DNA of 64,000 nt from an uncultured Chloroflexia bacterium (GTDB lineage Bacteria > Chloroflexota > Dehalococcoidia > UBA2247 > RBG-13-53-26), in NCBI GenBank assembly GCA_963720375.1, contig CAVRFM010000009.1, positions 25,202-89,201 on the forward strand, in the 5' to 3' direction. Shown here piece by piece: positions 19,951 to 28,988 of this stretch. The translations under genes were made by a program, and so were the position numbers. The stretch's first letter is position 1; each line of letters begins with the position of its first letter. Under the pieces are notes generated by a model. That model was not told the DNA's origin. It worked only from the letters and a program-made list of their open reading frames with translations, and searched no databases.

Positions 19951-20067
19951 GTTATGACCTCCCTGACATGACAGTCCCGGGCATAACCGCGGGATGTCAG
20001 AGCGAAGAGGATCAGGATGAGTTTCATACATTATCACGGGGAAAGTGAGACAGGGTAGCCGGGAAGC

Positions 20068-21486
20068 TTGAGGGGCAAGATGAGAATGGGTTATAGAGGA
20101 ATCAATCCCGATAACACCGTATTTGTGGTCCTGTCTTTCGAAGGACCTGATGCTTACTCGCTGGCTGGAGGCCTTGGCGTGAGGGTTGAGGGATTAACGA
20201 ATGCCCTTGCTGCTGCAGGCTTCCCCGTGCACCTTATCTTCATCGGTGATCCCAGACTGGCAGGTGAGGAGCAACGGCTTAACCGGCGTCTCATCCTTCA
20301 CCGCTGGTGCCAGTGGATAAGCCAGTATTACCCGATGGGAGTATACGAAGGTGAGAATGAGAAGCTCCATGACTTCAATGATTCAGTCCCGTGGTTTATC
20401 GCGGAACATATTGTGAGACCGGCAGTGGAGCAGGACAAACTGTTAGTGATACTGGGTGAAGAGTGGCATACCGCGGAAGTGATGTGCCGAGTCAGTGATC
20501 TGCTGCATAGCCAGGGCATGAGAGACAGGGCTGTCATGTTCTGGAATGCCAACAATATCTTTGGCTTCGAGCGAATCAACTGGGGCCGGCTGGCCTACAC
20601 CACGACTATTACGACCGTGAGCCGATACATGAAACATGCCATGTGGAAGATGGGGGTCAACCCGCTGGTGATTCCCAATGGAATTCCGGCTCACCTGCTT
20701 AACAGGGTGGACGACGACCTGGCTGCCAGGCTGAGGAAGTCCATCACTGCCGGTGTCCTGCTGAGCAAAGTGGCTCGCTATCATCCTGACAAACGCTGGA
20801 ATATGGCCATCGAGGCAGCCGGAAGGCTTAAAGCCAAGGGCCAGAAAAGCGTGCTGCTGGCAAGGGGTGGAATAGAGCCCCACGGCTGCGAGGTAATGGA
20901 CAGGGCCCGTTCTATTGGTCTCAAAGTAAAAGAGACCGACACCTCGGGGCATAGCAGCATCGAGGATTACTTTGATGCCATCGCTGATTCGGATGATGCC
21001 GATGTATTGAATATAAGGTTTCACTGTACTCAGGACTTCTTGAGGATAGTCTACCGTGCTTCCGACGCAGTACTGGCCAACAGCGGCCACGAGCCCTTCG
21101 GACTGGTTGGACTTGAGACAATGGCTGCTGGCGGTATTGCCTTCACCGGCGCCACGGGCGAGGACTATGCGGTTCATCTACAGAACTCAGTGGTTCTGGA
21201 GACAGCAGATCCGCAGGAGATTGAGGCTTATGTGGATTACCTTGTCAGTCACCCGGATGAGGATGCAAGGATCCGCAGGATGGCACGGAACACAGCAGAG
21301 CAGTTTACGTGGGGACGCATCATAGAGAATCTTATACAAAAACTGGAGTACCAGGCCCACTCCCAAGGCATCCTTGCATCCCTCCAAAGGGGAACCACGG
21401 TAACAGACACACAACCTGCATCCGAAGGATTTGTGTTTCCCCGAATGATGGCGGAACGCGAGCCAGTACTCGCAGCCAATATTTAA
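20068..21486 (+). CDS. GT4-family (GT-B fold) glycosyltransferase
   Basis: C-terminal EX7E-type motif (HEPFGLVGLETMAAGGIAF). N-terminal Gly-rich acceptor domain. 472 aa. Confidence 0.75.
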   Translation: MRGKMRMGYRGINPDNTVFVVLSFEGPDAYSLAGGLGVRVEGLTNALAAAGFPVHLIFIGDPRLAGEEQRLNRRLILHRWCQWISQYYPMGVYEGENEKLHDFNDSVPWFIAEHIVRPAVEQDKLLVILGEEWHTAEVMCRVSDLLHSQGMRDRAVMFWNANNIFGFERINWGRLAYTTTITTVSRYMKHAMWKMGVNPLVIPNGIPAHLLNRVDDDLAARLRKSITAGVLLSKVARYHPDKRWNMAIEAAGRLKAKGQKSVLLARGGIEPHGCEVMDRARSIGLKVKETDTSGHSSIEDYFDAIADSDDADVLNIRFHCTQDFLRIVYRASDAVLANSGHEPFGLVGLETMAAGGIAFTGATGEDYAVHLQNSVVLETADPQEIEAYVDYLVSHPDEDARIRRMARNTAEQFTWGRIIENLIQKLEYQAHSQGILASLQRGTTVTDTQPASEGFVFPRMMAEREPVLAANI

Positions 21487-21508
21487 TTATTGAAGAAGGG
21501 AGGAAGAA

Positions 21509-22006
21509 ATGGTCCAGCAGACAGTCCCGGTAGAAGAGGGAGCAACCTCTTTTGATCAAACACAATTGAGACCTTCTTTGGAAGATCGAGAGAGGCAAGT
21601 GGTTGACAATGTCAAGGCTATCATGGCCGATGTCGCCGTACAGGTTGGAGCTCTGATTGACGGTGTCGGCTGCAAATTTGCTCAAATAGTTGATTGGCAG
21701 TACTATCCGCCGTCCACAGCGTCTGCCAGCCGCAGCAACAGTAATGATGAAATGATTTGTTTTGCAATAACTGAAAATGAGAAGGGATTGCACTCCGGCG
21801 GCTACATTGAACTCACCTTATCGCCCGAAGAGGAGGTTCTCAGGGCAAAGGGTGGATATTACGACACCTGCTACCAGCCTACAGCAGTGCATGAGAAGTC
21901 TCTGCCTTTGCGTAAGCTGGGCCGCCAGAAGCTGGGACAGGCATTGATGGAAGTCTACGATAGAGTGATAAGGGAGTACGGGACTCATGTATGCCATGTA
22001 TCCTAA
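21509..22006 (+). CDS. hypothetical protein (165 aa)
   Basis: Good RBS (gggaggaagaaATG). No recognisable domain. Confidence 0.5.
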   Translation: MVQQTVPVEEGATSFDQTQLRPSLEDRERQVVDNVKAIMADVAVQVGALIDGVGCKFAQIVDWQYYPPSTASASRSNSNDEMICFAITENEKGLHSGGYIELTLSPEEEVLRAKGGYYDTCYQPTAVHEKSLPLRKLGRQKLGQALMEVYDRVIREYGTHVCHVS

Positions 22007-22364
22007 CACAGCGGTGGTCGGGAAGGGACAACAACCGAGGCAACATGTGCCTGACAAGGAAAGGCCCGGGCAGGCTACTGCTGCTGTGCACGAAACCAGA
22101 CTGGGATGTCGCCACTATTGGATTATTGGAGTTGCAGACGGTCCGGTGAGCAATGGGACGTGCAAGTTGTGTGGTGAAAAGAGGGAATTCAGCAATCATC
22201 TGGTGCTGTCTGAGGATGCACCAAAAAGAAAAGCACAGCGATACCTGGCACAGAATGGGATAAACGCAATGCAGCGAAAGGAATTTTACAGGATGCCGCC
22301 AGGCAGGTATGACAGAGCTCTGGCGCTATCACTACACAGTCAAGTCAAAGCAGGAGGTTTCTAA
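21987..22364 (+). CDS. hypothetical protein with putative zinc ribbon (CxxC near the C-terminus)
   Basis: Overlaps the previous ORF by 20 nt. Weak RBS. Confidence 0.3.
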   Translation: MYAMYPNTAVVGKGQQPRQHVPDKERPGQATAAVHETRLGCRHYWIIGVADGPVSNGTCKLCGEKREFSNHLVLSEDAPKRKAQRYLAQNGINAMQRKEFYRMPPGRYDRALALSLHSQVKAGGF

Positions 22365-22437
22365 TAACACTCATATCCTGCCCGAACTATCCGGCATCAA
22401 TGACGATAGCCAACAACAGTGCTAGAAGGAGGGGGAA

Positions 22438-22743
22438 ATGGCCTTGTCCCAGACATATGGAAAACTGACGATCCCAATGGTAGGCGAAGACGAGCCAGTA
22501 TTCATTCTCCGTGCTCAGGATAGGCTGGCCGAAGATGCTATTGAGATGTACCGGCTTTTGGCTGAGGCCCATGGTTACCAAGTGGCCCAGGCGTTGTCGA
22601 AGGAGATCAATTGCTTCCGACAGTGGCAAGGGGAGAGAAGGCTGCCCTATGAATACTCGGAAGGCATCCCTGCCAGAGGTGAAGTTGCCGGAGGCAGGAA
22701 CAGGAAAGCTAAGAGGCTCCATATCGGGAACTTTAGAAGGTAG
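22438..22743 (+). CDS. small conserved hypothetical protein, paralog 1 of the 25111 ORF
   Basis: Strong RBS. YGKLTIPMVGEDEPVFILRAQDRLAEDAIEMYRLLAEAHG is ~65% identical to the N-terminus of ORF 25111..25323. Confidence 0.55.
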   Translation: MALSQTYGKLTIPMVGEDEPVFILRAQDRLAEDAIEMYRLLAEAHGYQVAQALSKEINCFRQWQGERRLPYEYSEGIPARGEVAGGRNRKAKRLHIGNFRR

Positions 22744-22754
22744 GTGCGAGGCCC

Positions 22755-23294
22755 ATGCTTAACGGGAAGAAGGTTGCCATCCTGGTAGAACAGGACTTTG
22801 CGGATTCTGAACTCACTGAATCCCTTCGGGCAATGAAAACCGCAGGGGCTACGGTGATTGTGGTTGGCAGCGCCTCGCAAAGAAGCTACTGGGGCAAGAG
22901 GCGTGAAGCCAATATCATGGCTGATGCGGCTGCTGATGCGGTGAGAGCTGAAGATTTTGATGCCGTTATTATCCCGGGTGGCTTCGCACCTGATGAAATG
23001 CGGCTTCATCAACCCATGATTGATTTCGTAAGAAAGGCACATGATTTAGGCAAGATCGTGGCTGCTATTTCTCATGGCCCGCAATTGTTGATATCTGCGG
23101 ATATAGTAAGGGGGCGCCGTGTGACCTCGTGGCCATCTGTGGCCGTGGATTTGAAGAATGCAGGGGCGATCTGGATTGATGAACCAGTGGTTAGAGATGG
23201 GAATCTGATAACTTCAGGCAAGTCGGCTTTTTTACGTGAATTCAACATGGCGATAGTCGAGGCTCTGCAAGGTCAAACAAGCGCAATAGTGTGA
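22755..23294 (+). CDS. DJ-1/PfpI family protein (class I glutamine amidotransferase-like)
   Basis: KKVAILVEQDF...AVIIPGGFAP. Nucleophile elbow AAISHGPQLLISA has Ser where Cys is usual. 179 aa. Confidence 0.8.
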   Translation: MLNGKKVAILVEQDFADSELTESLRAMKTAGATVIVVGSASQRSYWGKRREANIMADAAADAVRAEDFDAVIIPGGFAPDEMRLHQPMIDFVRKAHDLGKIVAAISHGPQLLISADIVRGRRVTSWPSVAVDLKNAGAIWIDEPVVRDGNLITSGKSAFLREFNMAIVEALQGQTSAIV

Positions 23295-23408
23295 GATCAT
23301 TGGCAGAACTGAAGAAAGTGCTGGATTCATACGTGTCACTAAAGAGTGTGAACCATGGCTGAACATGAGCAACACTTTTAGGAATATAGATCTAGGGAGG
23401 AAAGAAAG

Positions 23409-23988
23409 ATGATTTATTCAGCAAAAGACTACGGCAACCTCATAGGGATGAAGGGCTTCAGTGAAACACTACTGAAGAACCACTTTACCTTGTACCAGGG
23501 TTATGTATCGAACACTAACAAGCTGGTGGATCTAACGAGCCAAATGCTCAAGGAAGGCAAGATCGGTACCCCTGAGTATTCCGAATTGAAACGGAGAATG
23601 GGCTTTCGAGTTCAATGGCATGCGCCTTCATGAGTACTACTTTGAGAATCTTGGAGGGAAGACGCTGCTGGACAAATCAACTGCCCTGGTCAAGAAGCTA
23701 AGCGATGCCTTCGGCAGCTACGAGGCCTGGCTGAAGGATTTCAAGGCTACGGGAGCAATGCGTGGCATAGGTTGGGCCATTCTTTACCAGGACAACGTGA
23801 CAGGAGGGCTATTCAACCAGTGGATCAATGAGCATGAAACCGGTCATCTTGCCGGCTGCAGGCCTCTCCTGGTAATGGATGTTTTCGAGCATGCCTTCAT
23901 GATCGACTATGGCCTGAAACGGGCCGACTATATTGAGGCTTTCTTCACGAACGTGAACTGGGACGCGGTCAAGGACCGCTGTGCCTGA
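23409..23988 (+). pseudogene. Fe/Mn superoxide dismutase family protein, split by a +1 frameshift near 23607 (extra c in tttcgag)
   Basis: C-terminal SOD motif DVFEHAFMIDYG...NVNWDAV (compare DxWEHAYY...VNW). The central RMGF|EFNGMRLHEYYFENLGG is restored by removing one base. The N-terminal HHxKHHQTYV motif is degenerate (NHFTLYQGYV). Confidence 0.7.
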
Positions 23989-24107
23989 GGTTGTTGGGGA
24001 GCGGAGCAGCAGAAGGAAGGAGGAGGCGACAATAAGTACAGATGCAATAGGATTACGCGACGTAGACATATAGATACGGTTCTACTCACAACGAAATGAA
24101 ATGACGA

Positions 24108-24575
24108 ATGGAGGTAGAAACTATGCCAAACAAGAAAGTAAGAGAAGAACTGCTCAGCCTATTGAACAAGGCGTTGGAGCTTGAGCATGCAGCCTACGTG
24201 CAATATTTGAGTCATGCCGAAATGGTTGATGGACTGGTAGCGGAGCCAATCATAGCCAGGCTCAAGGAGACTGCGGGTGATGAGGCCAAGCATCAGAAGG
24301 AGTTCAGGACCCTGATTGGTGATTACCTTGGAGGCGTGCCTTCAATGGGTATCGCCAAGACTCACAAAGCAGGGACGATAGACGAGATCTTGAAGCAGAA
24401 TCTCGCCAACGAGAAAGAAGCCGTTGATTTCTACAATACGATACTGAGCAAGATAGCAGAGCATAAGAAGGACCTCCCTTATGAGTTCTGGTTTCTAGAA
24501 CATGCTGTAAGGCATGTCATTATAGACGAACAGGAACACATTGCCGAGCTGAAGATTATTCTGGCCCAGAGATAG
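24108..24575 (+). CDS. ferritin-like di-iron domain protein (bacterioferritin/Dps-like)
   Basis: Two ExxH di-iron motifs (DEAKHQKEF; DEQEHIAEL) in a predicted four-helix-bundle protein. 155 aa. Confidence 0.65.
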   Translation: MEVETMPNKKVREELLSLLNKALELEHAAYVQYLSHAEMVDGLVAEPIIARLKETAGDEAKHQKEFRTLIGDYLGGVPSMGIAKTHKAGTIDEILKQNLANEKEAVDFYNTILSKIAEHKKDLPYEFWFLEHAVRHVIIDEQEHIAELKIILAQR

Positions 24576-24651
24576 GGGTTGCCTCCGCACCTGGGAAAGG
24601 TTCTTCGACCGAGAAGAGTCACTGGTTCTGCACCGGAGGTCCAATCCAGAT

Positions 24652-25068
24652 GTGGGAGCAAGTCCGCACAGCAGGAGTTGGTTTGCTCTTCTGGTGATGG
24701 AGATGTTGAAAGTAAAAAGAGCCTATGACACGAAGGAGCCCAGCGATGGTATCAGAGTGCTTGTCGACAGACTCTGGCCCCGGGGACTCAGTCGTGCTGA
24801 AGCCGGCATTGACGATTGGATGAAAGAGGTTGCTCCAAGCGATGAACTGCGTCGATGGTTCGCTCACCAGCCAGAGAAGTGGGCAGAGTTCAGGCAAAGA
24901 TACGCCGAGGAACTGCGCTCTCCTGCTAAGGCCAAGCTTGTAAGGAAACTTACCCGCTTGGCCTCGGATGGCAAAGTGACTCTTGTCTATGCAGCAAGGG
25001 ATACCGAGCATAACAATGCCAGAGTGCTGGAAGAGATCATTGTCAGACAGACCAATGGCGCAGTGTAG
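24652..25068 (+). CDS. DUF488 family protein
   Basis: KRAYD...GIRVLVDRLWPRGLSR...RRWF...KVTLVYAARDTEHNNA is the DUF488 signature. True start probably the internal Met near 24697. Confidence 0.7.
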   Translation: MGASPHSRSWFALLVMEMLKVKRAYDTKEPSDGIRVLVDRLWPRGLSRAEAGIDDWMKEVAPSDELRRWFAHQPEKWAEFRQRYAEELRSPAKAKLVRKLTRLASDGKVTLVYAARDTEHNNARVLEEIIVRQTNGAV

Positions 25069-25110
25069 GTCTTGTCCGATAAATGATTCTTTAAGTGAAA
25101 GGAGGTTATA

Positions 25111-25323
25111 ATGGCTATCTCAGGCAAATATGGCAAGTTGAGCATACCCAAGGTTGGTGCTGATGAACCTGTATTTATCCTGCGGGCTCAAGACAAGCTG
25201 GCTGATACAGCCATAGAGATGTACCGGTTACTGGCAGCATCGCATGGGCGCTCACTGGCTAATAGCCTCCAGAAGGAGATCGAGGCCTTCAGGAAATGGC
25301 CGACCAAGAAATTACCGGACTAG
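25111..25323 (+). CDS. small conserved hypothetical protein, paralog 2 of the 22438 ORF
   Basis: Strong RBS (aaaggaggttataATG). MAISGKYGKLSIPKVGADEPVFILRAQDKLADTAIEMYRLLAASHG. Confidence 0.55.
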   Translation: MAISGKYGKLSIPKVGADEPVFILRAQDKLADTAIEMYRLLAASHGRSLANSLQKEIEAFRKWPTKKLPD

Positions 25324-25407
25324 GTTAACCAGGAACAATGGGATTCGATAGCAATCCAGAAGATGTAGTTACTGAATCAATGAAGAATTTCCTAAAGGAG
25401 GGAGTAT

Positions 25408-25758
25408 ATGTCTGAGTTCAAAGAACTGCTGAAGGCCAATGACCTGCAGGATGGGCAGATGAAGGCATTTAATATCAGTGGACGTGAAATCCTCGTAGCT
25501 AAGGTGGGTGGCAAATTCCTAGCGGCTGATAATCGCTGCCCCCATATGGGAGCAAAACTGGTTGAAGGTAAGCTTGAAGGCACTGTGGTCACATGCCCTA
25601 AACATGCCTCTCAGTTTGACCTCAAGGATGGCCGGGTAGTCCGATGGACCGACTGGTCCGGGCTGATGGCTAGAATGGCCAAATTGTTCAAGTCTCCCAG
25701 ACCCCTGGTAACCTACCAGGTGAAGGTCGAGGGCGATAAAGTCCTAGTGAATATCTGA
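25408..25758 (+). CDS. Rieske [2Fe-2S] domain protein
   Basis: CPHMG...CPKH (CxH-x17-CxxH) Rieske motif. 116 aa. Confidence 0.8.
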   Translation: MSEFKELLKANDLQDGQMKAFNISGREILVAKVGGKFLAADNRCPHMGAKLVEGKLEGTVVTCPKHASQFDLKDGRVVRWTDWSGLMARMAKLFKSPRPLVTYQVKVEGDKVLVNI

Positions 25759-25802
25759 TATAATTCCCCCAAAGCAACTCAGATTAGAAGAAGGAGGTAA
25801 CC

Positions 25803-26414
25803 GTGAAGAAAGTCCTGATAATCTTTGACACACGTTACGGTAATACACATCGGCTGGCTGAAGCTATAGCTGAAGGAGCACGCGAAGTGAAAGGCACTGA
25901 GGTCCATCTCAGGCGGGTCGAGATTACCGAGCCCGAGGTCATTATTGAGCAGAATGAGTCCTGGCGCAAGGCCAATGAGAAATTCAAGGCCGTTCCCCAG
26001 GTGACTCTGGACGAGATGGCTGATGCAGATGCGCTCATCTTCGGCTCCCCAACAAGATATGGCAATATGACTGCGTCCATGAAAAAGCTCTTCGACAGCA
26101 CCGGAAGACTCTGGGCAGAAAACAAGTTGTTTGGCAAAGTAGGTGCAGCCTTCACCAGCACGTCAACGCCCCATGGTGGGAATGAGATGACGATAATAAC
26201 CATGTTCATGCCCATGTACCATCACGGCATGATCGTAGTGACGCCAGGCTATGGTGATCCTGCCCTATTTGCAGCCGGATCGCCGTACGGGGCCAGTTCA
26301 GTAAGCGGTCCTGGAGCCGATAAGCCTCCTACTGAGAGTGATCTCAAGGTGGCCAGGTTTCTCGGCCATCGGGTAGCTCGGGTAGCTGAAGCACTCTCAT
26401 CCGTCAAAACTTGA
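25803..26414 (+). CDS. wrbA: NAD(P)H:quinone oxidoreductase, WrbA-type flavodoxin-like
   Basis: KVLIIFDTRYGNTHRLAEAIAEGA...LIFGSPTRYGNM. 203 aa. Confidence 0.8.
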   Translation: MKKVLIIFDTRYGNTHRLAEAIAEGAREVKGTEVHLRRVEITEPEVIIEQNESWRKANEKFKAVPQVTLDEMADADALIFGSPTRYGNMTASMKKLFDSTGRLWAENKLFGKVGAAFTSTSTPHGGNEMTIITMFMPMYHHGMIVVTPGYGDPALFAAGSPYGASSVSGPGADKPPTESDLKVARFLGHRVARVAEALSSVKT

Positions 26415-26493
26415 GCGGGAGTGATGAAATCAGAACACTTGACTCAGATGGTTGACCAGCCTGCATGAGAGGCAGAGCCAATAGGAGAGAGCG

Positions 26494-27102
26494 ATGTGGA
26501 AGTGTACCAACTGTCATCATCTGGAACTCACCGCTGAGAGACCGAAGCATTGTCCTGTATGTGGTGCGGATGCGGAGAAGCTGGTCCCACATGAGGTTCC
26601 TGGAATAAGGGGAATGAAGACCCTGGAAAACCTCAAGACTGGCTTTGTTGCTGAATCCCAGGCGCATCAGAGAGATCTGGCCTTTGCCCTGAAGGCTGAG
26701 CAAGAAGAGCTCACCCAGGTGGCCAGGCTATTCCGAGCGATTGCTGAGGCAGAAGGAATCCATGCCTTCAACCACCTGCGTCTCCTCGGAGGAGTGTCGG
26801 ACACCCAGGAGAACCTGGAAGCTGCTTTTGAGAGAGAGAACCTCGCCAGCAAGACCTACCCTGAATTCATCAGAGAGGCCAATGAGGAGGGGAATTCAAG
26901 CGTGGCGACTATCTTTAGCTTCTCCCGTGATGTAGAGCGAGTCCATGCCAAGCTTTACAAAAAGGCCTTGGATCACATGATGCAGAATGTGGATACCACC
27001 TACTATGTCTGTGGGGTCTGTGGCTACGTCTCCGATGGGGAACTGCCGGACCAATGCCCGGTATGCGGGGCTCCCAAGGAGAAGTTCAGGACTATAGCAT
27101 AA
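26494..27102 (+). CDS. rbr: rubrerythrin with rubredoxin-like CxxC pairs at both termini
   Basis: N-terminal CTNC...CPVCGA. Ferritin-like E/H di-iron residues in the core. C-terminal CGVCGY...CPVCGAPKEKF. Confidence 0.85.
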   Translation: MWKCTNCHHLELTAERPKHCPVCGADAEKLVPHEVPGIRGMKTLENLKTGFVAESQAHQRDLAFALKAEQEELTQVARLFRAIAEAEGIHAFNHLRLLGGVSDTQENLEAAFERENLASKTYPEFIREANEEGNSSVATIFSFSRDVERVHAKLYKKALDHMMQNVDTTYYVCGVCGYVSDGELPDQCPVCGAPKEKFRTIA

Positions 27103-27222
27103 GCTGGTTAAAGGAGAACATCGCTGACTCCCTTTCAGACAGTAGAAGAGCTGGTATAAGCAGCATATGATTGCCCGATATAGATGTAGTTTTGGAGTGC
27201 CGCGGGACGAAAGGAGACATTT

Positions 27223-28929
27223 GTGGAGAGAATCTGGCTGAAGCACTATGATCCGGGTGTGCCTACCACTATCGAATATCCTCAATTAACCTTGCAGCAG
27301 CTCCTTGAGGAAGCAACACGGCGTTTCCCCGATAGCACTGCCATGATCTTCCCGGGAGCCCTGGGGGATTCCTACCGGCTTAGCTACAGACTGCTAAATC
27401 AGCAGGTAAACCGGATGGCGAACGCTCTTCTGAACCTTGGAGTCAAGAAAGGCGACAGGGTGGCATTGCTGATGCCGAACTGCCCCCAGTTCGTTATCGC
27501 CTACTATGGGATCCTCAAGGCTGGAGGGGTAGCAGTGCCCACTAATCCTCTGTATTCCCCGCGTGAACTGGAGTACCAGATCAAAGACTGTGGAGCTGAG
27601 ACTATTATCCTTTTCAGCCTTCTCTACCCTGCCGTCGCAGGTCTGAAGGAGCGGACTGGCCTGAAGAATCTGGTGGTGACCAATATCAAAGAGTACCTCC
27701 CTCCGCTGAGTCGACTGCTTTTCACCCTTTTCCGCGAGCGAAAGGAGGGACACCGTGCCAACATATCTGGGGCAGCCGGGGTCTATTCGTTTCACGACCT
27801 GCTGCAACGCTTCAGCCCGGAACCACCCCCCGTAACTGTAGCCCCCAGCGATGTCGCCTTGTTGGAGTACACGGGAGGAACCACTGGTATCAGCAAGGGC
27901 GCCGTAGTCACCCATCGCAGCGTAACTGCTAATGTGTCGCAGCTCAAAGCCTGGGCGACCCCTATAAACTTCAAGGAAGGGAAGGAAGTGGTAATGGGCG
28001 TTATGCCTCTCTTCCATGCATATGGGATGGTGACTGTGATGCACTTCTCCATCATGATGGGCGCAGCAATGGTGTTGCTGCCTCGCTGGCAGACCGATCA
28101 GGTGCTTAAGGCTATCAATCGGTACAAGCCTGCCTTTTTCCCGGGAGTGCCTACCATGTATGTGGCTATTAACAGCCATCCTGATGTCAGCAAATACAAT
28201 CTGCATTCTGTTAAAGCCTGCGTCAGCGGTGCGGCCCCACTGCCGGTGGAGGTCCAGACGAAGTTCGAAGAACTCACTGGCGGCAAACTGGTGGAGGGAT
28301 ACGGTCTGAGCGAGGCTGCAGTTGTTGTTACCGCTAATCCCTTGACCGGTATGCGCAAGGTGGGGAGCATCGGTGTGCCTTTGCCGGATGTGGAAGCCAA
28401 GATCATGGATGCAAACGTTGCCGACAAGGAACTGCCGATCGGAGAAGTCGGAGAGTTGGTTATCAAGGGACCGCAAGTGATGCAGGAATACTGGCATCAG
28501 CCTAAAGAGACAGAGATGGTGCTGCGCGACGGCTGGCTGTATACGGGCGACCTGGCGAAGATGGACGGTGATGGTTTCATATTCATCGTGGACCGCAAGA
28601 AAGACATGATTATTGCTGGTGGCTACAATATCTACCCTAGCGAGGTCGAAGCGGTTCTCCGGACACATCCCAAAGTCAAAGAAGTGGTTGCTTACGGCCT
28701 GCCTGACGCCTACCGCGGCCAAACGGTGAAAGTGGCCATAGTCCTCAAAGAGGGTGAGGCTGCTACACCGGAAGAGATCATCGAGTTCAGCCGGCAGTAC
28801 CTGGCCCGGTACAAGGTGCCTAAGCTGGTGGAGTTCAGGGATAGTCTGCCGAAGTCGATAATCGGCAAAGTCTTGAGAAGAGTGTTAGCGGAGGAGGAAA
28901 AAGGCACACCCAAAGCTGCACAAAAGTGA
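27223..28929 (+). CDS. long-chain-fatty-acid--CoA ligase (AMP-dependent synthetase)
   Basis: AMP-binding motif YTGGTTGISKGAVVTHRS. YTGDLAKMDGDGFIFIVDRKKDMII. 568 aa. Confidence 0.9.
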   Translation: MERIWLKHYDPGVPTTIEYPQLTLQQLLEEATRRFPDSTAMIFPGALGDSYRLSYRLLNQQVNRMANALLNLGVKKGDRVALLMPNCPQFVIAYYGILKAGGVAVPTNPLYSPRELEYQIKDCGAETIILFSLLYPAVAGLKERTGLKNLVVTNIKEYLPPLSRLLFTLFRERKEGHRANISGAAGVYSFHDLLQRFSPEPPPVTVAPSDVALLEYTGGTTGISKGAVVTHRSVTANVSQLKAWATPINFKEGKEVVMGVMPLFHAYGMVTVMHFSIMMGAAMVLLPRWQTDQVLKAINRYKPAFFPGVPTMYVAINSHPDVSKYNLHSVKACVSGAAPLPVEVQTKFEELTGGKLVEGYGLSEAAVVVTANPLTGMRKVGSIGVPLPDVEAKIMDANVADKELPIGEVGELVIKGPQVMQEYWHQPKETEMVLRDGWLYTGDLAKMDGDGFIFIVDRKKDMIIAGGYNIYPSEVEAVLRTHPKVKEVVAYGLPDAYRGQTVKVAIVLKEGEAATPEEIIEFSRQYLARYKVPKLVEFRDSLPKSIIGKVLRRVLAEEEKGTPKAAQK

Positions 28930-28988
28930 GACACTGAGTAGTATCTGCAGGCTTCAGAATACATTAAAGCAGAAAGGAGGCAACTGAG

